From Squalus acanthias (Eukaryota): 64,000 bases of DNA. Of the stretch, positions 51,742 through 62,537 are shown piece by piece. Where the stretch lies: assembly GCA_030390025.1 (NCBI GenBank), contig JASTWF010000339.1:186001-250000 (forward strand), read 5' to 3'. The position numbers and the translations under genes were made by a program. The first letter of the stretch is position 1. Each line of letters begins with the position of its first letter. The notes beneath the pieces are model-generated. The model was not told the DNA's origin and ran no database searches. It worked only from the letters and a program-made list of their open reading frames with translations.

Positions 51742-51870
51742 AAGGGGATTCCAACCCTGGGACTGTAGAAGGGGATTCTAACCCTGGGACTGTAGAAGGG
51801 GATTCTCACCCTGGGACTGTAGAAGGGGATTCTCACCCTGGGACTGTAGAAGGGGATTCCAGCCCTGGGA
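51742..51870. repeat. 27-bp intronic minisatellite, short version (about 5 copies)
   Basis: AAGGGGATTCCAACCCTGGGACTGTAG units, an inverted relative of 11651-12350. Confidence 0.9.
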
Positions 51871-52019
51871 GCCCAGCTCTGAGGCTCTTCTGTTACAACT
51901 GTGTGGGATGTTAACCGTGTGCTCTGCTTTTACCAGCACCTTCAGGAGAGATGGTCAGAAATCCGAAGTGTGGTGAGTCTGAATCAAATAACTGAGTCAA
52001 AAAATTAACATCCCGGGTA

Positions 52020-52440
52020 CTAGGACCCGGTTGGGAACAGACACTGAAGCCCCACCCACTCCTTATTCCCGTCCAAGATGACCGCGCATGCGCCTCGCTA
52101 CTCACTGAATCAAGATGGCGGCCGTTATCCTGGGCCTGAGACGGGGAGAAGCCCAGAAGCTGCAAATGCGGGACCTTCAGGTTATTATTCGGGTCTTGCG
52201 GGCTACACTAGTTGTTTATGAAGCCTCCCCGCCCACTCGCCAGTCCATGACTCCGCTCTGTCGGGCCGCATCTCTTTAATTAACCGGAGCTGATCCGCAG
52301 GGTCCATCTGGCCAAATACACGCACCGCGCATGCTCCAAACCCAGGCGGTCTCGCGCCTGCGCACTGGGCTCCTGTAGTCCGGGTGCGGTATATTCTCCC
52401 CCGGGGAATGCTGGGTAAAAGCCCCGCCATTGAAAGGCCC
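52020..52440 (-). promoter_or_regulatory. CpG-rich putative promoter of ZNF A'
   Basis: Reverse complement of 11085-11490. GCGCATGCGC at about 52084, CAAGATGGCGGC at 52111 and CTGGGCTCCTGTAGT at about 52365. Confidence 0.68.
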
Positions 52441-52805
52441 CATTAGTGAATAGAAAGGATTTACAAGGATTGCAATGAGCACTGAACCATGATCATTCTG
52501 GCAGTTAGAGTGTGTTTCTGTTGATCTTAATAATCCCTATACCTGGGATGGAGATTAATATTCTGTATAAATATTGAATACATCAGCTGTGTTTCAAACT
52601 GACAGTCGGTCGAATAGCTGATCAGAGGAGACGAATTGATGTTGTTACAGACTGTTCTATTTTTGGGCCCTTTCTTACTCTAAATTATATCACTTCTCAC
52701 CTCGTTCATCCTCTACCACATCAAATCCCAAGCTTGTTCCGTTTGAGTACATGGCTTGTGGGTGTCAGAGACTGAACTGCAGTGTCTCACTGTACACTCA
52801 TCTGA

Positions 52806-53464
52806 CTCACTCGGTGTGGAGGGGAGCAGGCAGATCGGAGGACCTCTTTGTAGGACTGCTCCTGGGCCTGGCCAAAAAAGGCCATTAACTGGTCCAGGCA
52901 GCAGGTGGTCGAGGGGGTCGTTCGGCCCGATTGCCTGCCTCTCTTCCGCGGCCATGTTTGTGCCCGGGTGGCCCTGGAGATGGAGCACGCGGTGTCCGCT
53001 GGCACGCTTGAGGCCTTCCGCGACCGGTGGGCGCCGTGGGGACTGGAGTGCATCATCACCCCGGCCAACCAAATTTTAATTGAATTTGTTAAGGTTCCTT
53101 TAAAGTTTTATTAATTTACAGTCAATTTTGTTTAATCACCCCAATAAAAGAGTACACTCATCTGACTCACTCGGTGCGGAGGGGAGCAGGCAGATCGGAG
53201 GACCTCCTCATAGGACTGCTCCTGGGCCTGGCCAAAAAGGCCATTAACTGGTCCAGGCAGCGGGCGGTCGAGGGGGTCATTCGGCCATGTTTGCGCCCAG
53301 GTGGCCCTGGAGATGGAGCACGCGGTGTCCGCGACCGGTGGGCACCGCAGGGACTAAAGTGCATCATCACCCCCGGCAACCAAATTTTAATTTAATTTAT
53401 TAAGTTTAATTTAATGTATTTTTGTTAAGTTACAGTTTATTTGTTTATGGGTTGCTTAAAAAGA
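52806..53464 (+). mobile_element. Two tandem 5'-truncated LINE 3' ends, probably Tx1-like, bounded by a 14-bp target repeat
   Basis: Translates as LLIGLLLGLAKKAINWSRQRAVEG...ARVALEMEHAVSAGTLEAFRDRWAP. GTACACTCATCTGA occurs at 52792, 53152 and 53465. The insertion is absent from arm A near 10695. Confidence 0.8.
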
Positions 53465-54259
53465 GTACACTCATCTGAAATTCCTTTGAACCACCCTTTA
53501 TAGAACTATCTTGTATAAGATTTGAATTCTGTTATTTTCTGTATCATTTAACCCTTTTTGGATCTGATTTCGTAAAAACTCCTCCACACAGACTGCATGT
53601 GATCGACTTTGAAATGTTCTGATCTTTGTAATTGTAATTGCTGATTTTGATGGTCTCTTTGATTCAATCTCTTGTTATTAACATACCTTGCACTATTTCT
53701 TTAATTGAGATAATTTTTTCTCATACTTCCTTTATCAGGTCTTTAGCGCCTCCATTGATCCCTGTCAATAATCCTTCATTAGGGTTTAGGGGCTGGGGTT
53801 CGGGTTAGGATGTTAGGGTATGAGACAGTGATTAGGGATAGAAACAATTATTGACAACGCCAGTGTCACTAGACATGTTCTCTTTCATTTCATGGTGTTT
53901 TAACCTCACGCAGATGAGTCAGAAAACAGCCTCATGAATTGTTCATTCAAGGAACCTTCTTTCTGGCCCAAGCCTGATTTCCTCTCTTCTTTCACATCTC
54001 TACATTTGACACAGAAAAAGACATCAGGGTCATTAGATTTTGGGACAAGAACAGGCGGATCGAGGTGTTGTGCTGCTTACATCCAATCTTTGGCCTGCCT
54101 GAGAAGGGCTTCTGACAATAACCTGTCACTAGGCCCCACCAGTAACCATCTGATTCCAACGTCATATCTTCATCCATTACCTGCCCTCACTGGAGCTGGT
54201 TTCACCACCATGACCATTTCCCATACAGAGGCTCTCTGATTCCCATTTATAGACTCAGT

Positions 54260-54605
54260 GTAAATGATCCCTGGATTCGGTATCGCAGTGTAACTGGTCC
54301 CTGGATTTGGTGTCACAGTGTAAGTGTTCCCCGGATTTAGTGTCACAGTGTAAGTGGTCTCTCGATTTGGTGTCTCAGAGTAAGTGGTCCCCAGATTTGG
54401 TGTCGCATTGTAAGTGGGCCCTGGAATTGGTGTCACAGTGCAAATACTCCCTGGATTTGGTGTCACAATGTAAGTGGTCCCCGCATTTGGTGTCATAGTG
54501 TAAGTTGTCCTTGGATTTGGTGTCACACTGTAAGTTGTCCCTGGATTTAGTGTCACAGTGTAAGTGGTCCCTGGATTTGGTGTCACAGTGTAAGTGGTCC
54601 TAAGA
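54260..54605. repeat. 30-bp minisatellite (about 11-12 copies)
   Basis: GTGTAAGTGGTCCCTGGATTTGGTGTCACA units, the inverted paralog of 9711-9915. Confidence 0.92.
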
Positions 54606-54608
54606 TTT

Positions 54609-54720
54609 GGACCCACGACGAAGAATCACTGAAAAGACTACACGATAACATCAACAAGTTCCATCGCAGGACTTCTCACATTTGTCCACCCCAGTCCAAC
54701 ACCGGCATCTCCACATCATG
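54609..54720 (+). mobile_element. Very short internally deleted PLE remnant
   Basis: 54609-54665 matches the RT region 44716-44773. 54680-54720 matches 43061-43102. Confidence 0.8.
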
Positions 54721-54824
54721 GTCCTTTAAAGGTAGAGTAACATTTCTTTCAGAATGTTCTCTTCTAACCCTTCCCACCTCCACATTGGCCCCGCCCCACC
54801 ACCACCCCCACTTTAAAACACTCG

Positions 54825-55080
54825 GCACTACTGACTGGGAAGGTCCAAAGTGCAGTCCTTGATCTGGGCTGTTAGTTGATCTCAGCCACGGCAACAGGTC
54901 AGGGGCCAGAATTGGCCTCAGTACCACTGGGCTAAATAAGAGTAAAAATCAGCCACTGCCCCTGCTCTTGATGGAGATCCAGTCACATCAACTGGGAAGT
55001 GTATGGATGTCAATTGAGGGCAGGATTGGACTCGGCTGTGATGCCTACCACAGGGGAAATGCTGCTGACACTCACTGAGT
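54825..55080 (+). mobile_element. Possible ancient SINE-like remnant
   Basis: GGAAGGTCC...TCCTTGATC segment. Its paralog at 9206-9250 retains a B-box-like GTTCAATCC on the minus strand. Family not established. Confidence 0.3.
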
Positions 55081-55356
55081 CGGCTGACGGTGAGGCACTA
55101 GAGGTTAACTAATGTATGTGGAATTGCACCCAGCCAGATTCAGCGCCTTCTGGAGAGAAGGGGAAAAACAAAATCCCAGGCAGTGCAATGAATGTTGATT
55201 TTAGACAGTAAGGATGGAGGCAGAGTTTGTAGAATGGGGAATTTACAGCTTCGGAGGGGCAGGAGAGGACAGAACGTTCTATAGGAACTAGAATTGTCTG
55301 TTCTGACATTCTATCCTGCACTTAAAGTAACAACATTTGTAAAGACCATTTCAGAG

Positions 55357-56838
55357 TGTCAGTAGGGGAGGATCTGCTGATGGAAACTCAAACAAAATAT
55401 CGCCTCAAGATCTGACAGATTGACCAGTTTCATCAGGACCTGAATATCATCGGCCTTTGGATATAGAAGGAAAAGCACCAATCACAGCGGGAGAAACAGG
55501 ACACGAGTTCTGTGTATTTTTAAAATTTGTTTATGGGATGTGGGCATCGCTGGCAAGGCCAACATTTATTGCCCATCCCTAATTGCCGTTGAGAAGGTGG
55601 TGGTGAGCCACCTTCTTGAACCGCTGCAGTCCGTGTGGTGATGGTACTTCCACAGTGCTGTTAGGGAGGGAGTTCCAGGATTTTGACCCAGCGACGATGA
55701 AGGATCGTCGATATTCTTCTAATTCGGGATGGTGTGTGACTTGGAGGGGAACTTGGAGGTGGTGGCGTTCCCATGCGCCTGCTGCCCTTGTCCTTCTAGG
55801 TGGGAGAGGTCGTGGGTTTGGGAGGTGCTGCCAAAGAGGCCTTGGCGGGTTGCTGCAGTGCATCTTGTGGATGTTACATACTGCAGCCACGGTGCGCCGG
55901 TGGTGGAAGGAGTGAGTGTTTAAGGTGGTGGATGGGGTGTCAATCAAGCGGGCTGCTTTCTCCTGGATGGTGTCGAGCTTCTTGAGTGTTGTTGGAGCTG
56001 CACTCATCCAGGCAAGTGGAGAGTATTCCATCACACTCCTTACTTGTGCCTTGTAGATCGTGGAAAGGCTTTGGGGACTCAGTAGGTGAGACACTCACCA
56101 CAGAATACCTAGCCTCTGACCTGCTCTTGTTGCCACAGTATTTATGTGGCTGGTCCAGTTAAGTTTCTGGTCAATGGTGACCCCAGGATGTTGATGGTGG
56201 GGTATTCGGTGATGGCAATGCCGTTGAATGTCATGGGGTGGTGGTTAGACTCTCGCTTGTTGGAGATAGTCATTGCCTGGCACTTGAGTGGCACGAACCC
56301 ACCTTCAACTAATCATCTAGCGTGTGAGACTCGTGCGCCCACCTGAATCAACAGTGTAAATGTGGGGACTGTGGGAATGAATGGAGTTGACCGTCTGAGG
56401 TGGAAACTCATGGAGACAGTCACACCAGGGAGAGGCCGTTCACCAGCTAAGTGTGGAAAGAGATTCACTCACTCATCTCACCTATTAGCACACAAACATG
56501 TTCATAAAGGGGAGAATCCGTTCACTGCTCTGTATGTGGAAAGGGATTCAATCGATCATCCCATTTACTGACACACCAGCACAGTCACACCGGAGAGAGA
56601 CCGTTTAGATGCGTCACGTGTGGGAAGGGATTCACTCCGTTGTCCCAACTGTTGACACTCCAGAGTGTCCACATGGAGAACAGTTGCTTTAAATACTCTG
56701 ACTGTGAGAAAAGCTTTCAAAGTTCAAAGCAGCTGATGCACGATCAGCGCATTGATACTGGAGAGAGGCTGTTTCAATATCCTGTGTGTGGGAAGAAATT
56801 CACCCCACCTGCTGAGACTCCAGTGAGTTCACAGGTGA
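55357..56838 (+). pseudogene. Decayed C2H2 ZNF copy C, interrupted by a LINE
   Basis: 55357-55515 resembles the exon start of copy A. Degenerate fingers at 56300-56838 (KCGKRFTHSSHLLAHKHVH, SDCEKSFQSSKQLMHDQRID) end in the family 3' motif GTGACTGCAGGGGTT. Confidence 0.8.
55518..56295 (-). mobile_element. 5'-truncated CR1/L2-group LINE
   Basis: ORF 55579-56094 IYKAQVRSVMEYSPLAWMSAAPTTLKKLDTIQEKAARLI...WNSLP. Confidence 0.88.
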
Positions 56839-56989
56839 CTGCAGGGGTTTGGATTCTGTTATTAATCACATCCAGGACTGAACCATGGCAGAGTGCCCGT
56901 GCACTGGGGTTTCTGTGTGAACTATTGATGAATTTTCTCTCAATGGGATCACAGAAACTCATTCTCCATTCACGAATTGGGTCTTTCAA

Positions 56990-57425
56990 TGTTCCCCAGC
57001 ATGCGCCGCGGGGGAGAATGTGCCCCATTCACACTGGAGCAGCCCAGTGCGCAGGCGCAGTGCCCGCCTGTATTTGGAGCATGCGCAGTGTCACTGTGAT
57101 CAGAGCCGGGCGAGTGCGGTGCGCTGAAAGGTCGGAGTCGCGATTTTTGCGCCGATTACGAATCAGGGGGCGCAGTGAGGTAACGTACCCGGTGGGTGGG
57201 CTTCATAAACACCTGGTGTAGGCCGCAAGCCCCGAATGAGAACCTACAGGTTACCCGTTTGCAGCTCCGAGGCTTTTTCCCGGGAAAAGGCCCAGGTTAA
57301 CGGCGGCCATCTTTGTAAAGGAAAGCTGTGGATTTGTTCATTTCGCTCTTGTTTCATTGAGCAGTACAGCGCATGCGCCGCCATCTTTGTAAACGGACCA
57401 GTAGTGGGCGGGGCTTCAGGGCCCC
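56990..57425 (+). promoter_or_regulatory. CpG-rich putative promoter and first exon of ZNF B'
   Basis: Homologous to 11085-11470. GCGCATGCGC at about 57369; GCCATCTTTG YY1-type motifs at about 57306 and 57380. Confidence 0.65.
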
Positions 57426-57707
57426 AGTGAGTGTGGAACTGAACCCAGCCAGAGTCAGCACCTTCAGGGGAGGAGAGGGAGGGGAACCAGTGAGTGTGGA
57501 ACTGAACCCAGCCAGAGTCAGCACCTTCAGGGGAGGAGAGGGAGGGGAACCAGTGAGTGTAGAACTGAACCCAGCCAGAGTCAGCACCTTCAGGGGAGGA
57601 GAGGGAGGGGAACCAGTGAGTGTAGAACTGAACCCAGCCAGAGTCAGCACCTTCAGGGGAGGAGAGGGAGGGGAACCAGTGAGTGTAGAACTGAACCCAG
57701 CCAGAGT
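57425..57707. repeat. 63-bp minisatellite (about 4.5 copies)
   Basis: CCAGTGAGTGTAGAACTGAACCCAGCCAGAGTCAGCACCTTCAGGGGAGGAGAGGGAGGGGAA units. Confidence 0.95.
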
Positions 57708-57910
57708 TGTTGATGAAAACTGGGAGCGGAGAACAAACTGTCTTGAGACGTGCGATGTGTTTGGATTTTAGCACAGGGAGGAGGGACAATGTGTGGGACG
57801 GGGATTTGGAGGCACAAGAGAGGAAAGAATGTTCGATAGAAACTAGAATTGTCTGTTCTGAATTTCTGTCCTGTACTTACAGTGATGAGTTTTGTAAACT
57901 TCTTTTACAG

Positions 57911-58470
57911 GGTTTTAGAAGGGGAGGATTTGAAGAAGGGAATCTCAAACCAAACATCACATCAAGATCTGACAGCGTCACTCGATTTCATTAGGACCTG
58001 AATATCATCAGCCTTTGAATGTGGAAGGAGAAATGTTTGTCTGTTCTGTCTGTGGGAAAAGATTTCAAACATCAGTGTGACTGGAAAAGCACCGAGACAC
58101 ACACACCCGAGTGAGAGTGTTCCAGTGCACTGACTGTGGAAAGAGCTTTAACCAGTTACACAGCCTGAGAAAACATCGCACCATTCACAGTGGGGAGAAA
58201 CCGTACACGTGTTCTGTGTGTGGACGAGGCTTCAACTGATCGTCCAATCTGGAGAGACACGAGGACACCCGCACCACGGAGAAACCGTGGAAATGTGGGG
58301 ACTGTGGGAAGGGATTCAATTACCCGTCTGAGCTGGAAATTCATCATCGCACTCACACTGGGGAGAGGCCATTCACCTGCTCTGAGTGTGGGAAGGAATT
58401 CACCCGTTCATCCCACCTCCTGAGACACCAGCGAGTTCACACTGGGGAGAGGCCGTTCACCTGCTCTGAG
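57911..58470 (+). pseudogene. C2H2 ZNF copy B' finger exon, 3'-truncated
   Basis: Acceptor CTTTTACAG ends at 57910. Five fingers lie in one frame with TGA at 58078 and 58237. The sixth breaks at TCSE (58470) into the minisatellite. Confidence 0.87.
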
Positions 58471-58860
58471 TTCTACACTCACTGGTTCCCCTCCCTCTCC
58501 TCCCCTGAAGGTGCTGACTCTGGCTGGGTTCAGTTCTGCACGCACTGGTTGCCCTCCCTCTCCTCCCCTGAAGGTGCTGATTCTGGCTGGGTTCAGTTCA
58601 CTCACTGGTTCCCCTCCCTCTCCTCCCCTGAAGGTGCTGACTCTGGCTGGGTTCAGTTCTACACGCACTGGTTCCCCTCCCTCTCCTCCCCTGAAGGTGC
58701 TGACTCTGGCTGGGTTCAGTTCTTCACTCACTGGTTCCCCTCTCTCTCCTCCCCTGAAGGTGCTGACTCTGGCTGGGTTCAGTTCGACACTCACTGGTTC
58801 CCCTCCCTCTCCTCCCCTGAAGGTGTTGACTCTGGCCTGGTTCAGTTCACTCACTGGGAC
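58470..58860. repeat. 63-bp minisatellite, inverted relative to 57425-57707 (about 6 copies)
   Basis: TTCTACACTCACTGGTTCCCCTCCCTCTCCTCCCCTGAAGGTG units. Confidence 0.95.
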
Positions 58861-59622
58861 CCTGAAGCCACGTCTCCTCGTGGTTCCTTTACAAAGATGG
58901 CCACGCATGCGCTCTACCGCTCGATGAAGCAAGATGGCGACGCAAAAACCCTCAGCGCTCCTTTACAAAGATGGCCGTCAGTTAACCCGGGCCTGTACCC
59001 AGGAAAAAGCCTCGAGCTGCAAACGGGGAACCTGTAGGTTCTCATTCGGGGCTTGCGGCCTACACCAGGTGTTTATGAAGCCCACTCAGCCGGGTGCGTT
59101 ACCTCCCTGCGCCCCCTGATTCGTAATCGGCGTAAAATCGCAACACCGACCATTCTGCCGTCGACCGAGTGAGAGAAAATCATCAATAATTCACACACAA
59201 ACCCCAGTGCACGGGCACTCTGCCATGGTTCAGTCCTGGATGTGATTAATACCAGAATCCAAACCCCTGCAGTCACATGTGAACTCACTGGAGTCTCAGC
59301 AGGTGGGGTGAATTTCTTCCCACACACAGGATATTGAAACAGCCGCTCTCCAGTATCAATGCGCTGATCGTGCATCAGCTGCTTTGAACTTTGAAAGCTT
59401 TTCTCACAGTCAGAGTATTTAAAGCAACTGTTCTCAATGTGGACACTCTGGAGTGTCAACAGGTGGGACAACGGAGTGAATCCCTTCCCACACGTGAAGT
59501 ATCTTAACTGGTCTCTCTCCGGTGTGACTGTGCTGGTGTGACAGTAAATGGGATGGTCGATTGAATCACTTTGCGCATACAGAGCAGTGAATGGATTCTC
59601 CCCCTTATGAACATGTTTATGT
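58860..59622 (-). repeat. Inverted duplicate of about 56490-57425 (promoter part plus ZNF C 3' half)
   Basis: 59031-59140 is the reverse complement of 57145-57255, and 59190-59622 of 56490-56920. The ORFs 56640-57221 and 59073-59798 share near-identical peptide text. Confidence 0.92.
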
Positions 59623-59629
59623 GGGAATG

Positions 59630-62530
59630 GATGAGATAAGCGAGTGACTAAAGATGCTGAAGAGAAAAGACAAGGAAGCAGTGCAGGAAAGTGATTGGGG
59701 TAAGGATAACCAGATTGTGTCAGGAAGAGATAGAGCGTACAAACAAAGGAGTGCACTAACAAATAGGGTTCGGGTAAGAAAAAATGCAAATAAGACAAAT
59801 AGGGCCATAGTACAAAAAAATGTTAAGATGTCTAAAAATGTTAAAAAGACAAATCTAAAGGCACTGTATCTGGATGCACGAAGCATTCGTAATGAGGTAG
59901 ACGAATTAACAGCACAAATAGATGTAAACGGATACAATATAATTGCAATTACGGAGACATAGCTGCAGGGTTACCAAGGCTGGGAGCTGAATATCCAAGG
60001 ATATTCGAAATTTAGGAAGGACAGGCGAAAAGGAAAAGGAGGTGGGGTGGCCTTGTTAGTAAAGGATGAAATCAGAGCAATAGTGAGAAAGGATATTGGC
60101 TCAGAAAATAAAGATGTAGAATCAGTCTGGGTGGAACTAAGAAGCACCAAGGGGCAGAAAACATTGGTGGGAGTTGTCTATAGGCCTGCAAACAGTAGTG
60201 GTAATGTAGGGGACGGCATCAAACAGGAAATTAGAGATGCATGTAACAAGGGTACGACAGTAATCATGGGTGACTAATCTACATATAGACTGGCCAAACC
60301 AAATTAGCAATAATACTGTGGAGAATGAATTCCTGGAGTGTGTACGAGATGTTTTTTAGACCAGTACGTTGAGGAGCCAACTAGGGAACAGGTTATCCTA
60401 GATTGGGTATTGCGTAATGAGAAGGGGTTAATTAATAATCTTGTTGTGCGGGGTCCTTTAGGGAAGAGTGACCATAACATGATAGAATTCTTCATTAAGA
60501 TGGAAAGTGAAGAAGTCCAATCCGAAACTAGGGTCCTAAATCTAAACAAAGGAAACTACGAAGATATGAGGAGTGAGTTGGCTATGATAGCTTGGGGAGC
60601 TTCATTAAAAGGCATGACGGTGGATAGGCAATGTTTAACATTTAAGGAACGAATGCATGAATTGCAACAGTTATACATTCCTTTCTGGCGCAAAATCACA
60701 AAAGGAAAAGCGGCCCAACCATGGCTAACAAAAGAAATTAAGGACAGTATTAGATCCAAAGAGGAGTCATATAAAGTTGCCAGAAAAAGTAGCAAGCATG
60801 AGGATTGGGAGCAGTTTAGAGGTCAGCAAAAAAGGACCATGAGATTGATTAAGAGGGGAAAAATAGAGTATGAGAGTAAACTTGCAAGGAACATAAAAGC
60901 AGATTGTAAAAGCTTCTACAAGAATGTAAAAAGAAAAAGATTAGTGAAGACAAATGTAGGTCCCTTACAGTCAGAAACGGGAGAATTTATAATGGGGAAC
61001 AAGGAAATGGCTGAGCAATTAAACAAATACTTTGATTCTGTCTTCACGGAAGAGGACATAAATAACTTCCCAGAAATGCTAGGGAACCAAGGGTCTAGTG
61101 AAAAGGAGGAATTAAAGGAAATTAGTATTCATAAAAAAATAGTGCTGGAGAAATTAATGGGACTGAAAGCTAGAGTCTATTATAAAGGATGTGATAACAG
61201 GACACTAAGAAAATATCAACAGGATTAGACAAAGTCAACATGGATTTATGAAAGGGAAATCGTGTTTGACAAACCTACTGGAGTTTTTTGAGGATGTAAC
61301 TGGTAAAATAGATAAGGGAGAACCAGTGGATGTGGTGTATTTGGATTTTCAGAAGGCCTTTGATAAAGTCCCACATAAGAGGTTAGTGTGCAAAAATAAA
61401 GCACATGGGATTGGGGGTAATATATTGGCATGGATTGAAAATTGGTTAACAGACAGGAAAGAGAGAGTAGGAATAAATGGGTCTTTTTCGGGGTGGCAGG
61501 CGGTGACTAGTGGGGTACCGCAGGGATCAGTGCTTAGGCCCCAGCTATTCACAATATATATCAATGATTTGGATGAGGGAACCAAATGTAATATTTCCAA
61601 GTTTGTTGACGACACGAAACTAGGTGGGATTGTGAGTTGTGAGGAGGATGCAAAGAGGCTTCAAGGTGATTTAGGCAAAGAGGCTTCAAGGTGATTTAGA
61701 CAAGTTGAGTGAGTGGGCAATTACAAGGCAAATTCAGTATAACGTGGATAAATGTGAAGTTATCCACTTCGGTAGGAAAAACAGAAAGGTATAGTATTAT
61801 TTAAATGGTGCTAGATTGGGAAATGCTGATGTACAAAGGGACCTGGGTGTTGTTGTACACCAGTCACTGAAAGCAAACATGCAGGTGCAGCAAGCAGTTA
61901 GGAAGGCAAATGGTATGTTGGCCTTCATTGCAAGAGGATTTGAGTACAGCAGCAAGGATGTCTTACTACAGTTATACAGGGCCTTGGTGAGACCACACCT
62001 AGAGTACTGTGTGCAGTTTTGGTCTCCTTACCTAAGAAAGGATATACTTGCCATAGAGGGAGTGCAGCGAAGGTTCACCAGACTGATTCCTGGGATGGCA
62101 GGACTGTCGTATGAGGAGAGATTGGGTCAACTAGGCCTGCATTCACTAGAGTTTAGAAGAATGAGAGGGGATCTCATTGAAACGTATAAAATTCTGACAG
62201 TGCTAGACAGACTGGATGCAGGGAGGATGTTTCCCCTGGCTGGGGGTCTAGAACGAGGGGTCACAGTCTAAGGATACGGAGTTGGGCATTTAGGACTGAG
62301 ATGAGGAGAAATTTCTTCACTCAGAGGGTGGTGAACCTGTGGAATTCTCTACCACAGAAGGCTGTGGAGGCCAAGTCACTGAATATATTTAAGAAGGAGA
62401 TAGATAGATTACTAGACATAAAAGGGTATGGGGAGAGAGCGGGAATATGGTATTGAGATACAGGATCAGCCATGATCATATTGAATGACGGAGCAGGCTC
62501 GAAGGGCCGAATGGCCGACTCCTGCTCCTG
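59630..62530 (+). mobile_element. CR1 LINE ORF2 (endonuclease + RT), decayed
   Basis: Motifs LYLDARSI, IAITET, GKSDHN, LDFQKAFDKVPH, SGVPQGSVL, KFVDDTKL and LVRPHLEYC. Contains stops, a deletion near 61170 and a 25-bp tandem duplication at 61651-61700. Confidence 0.95.
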
Positions 62531-62537
62531 TGTGAAG

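Larger units (their letters stand above)
48560..54870 (-). repeat. Segmental duplication arm A', the inverted copy of 9205-15975
   Basis: Collinear reverse-complement similarity, e.g. 49262-49290 vs 15248-15276 and 54735-54775 vs 9289-9330. Confidence 0.93.

Noticed and set aside
58078..58239. Selenocysteine recoding of the shared TGAs
   Set aside because: The TGAs are at helix positions rather than Cys ligand positions, and no SECIS was recognised.
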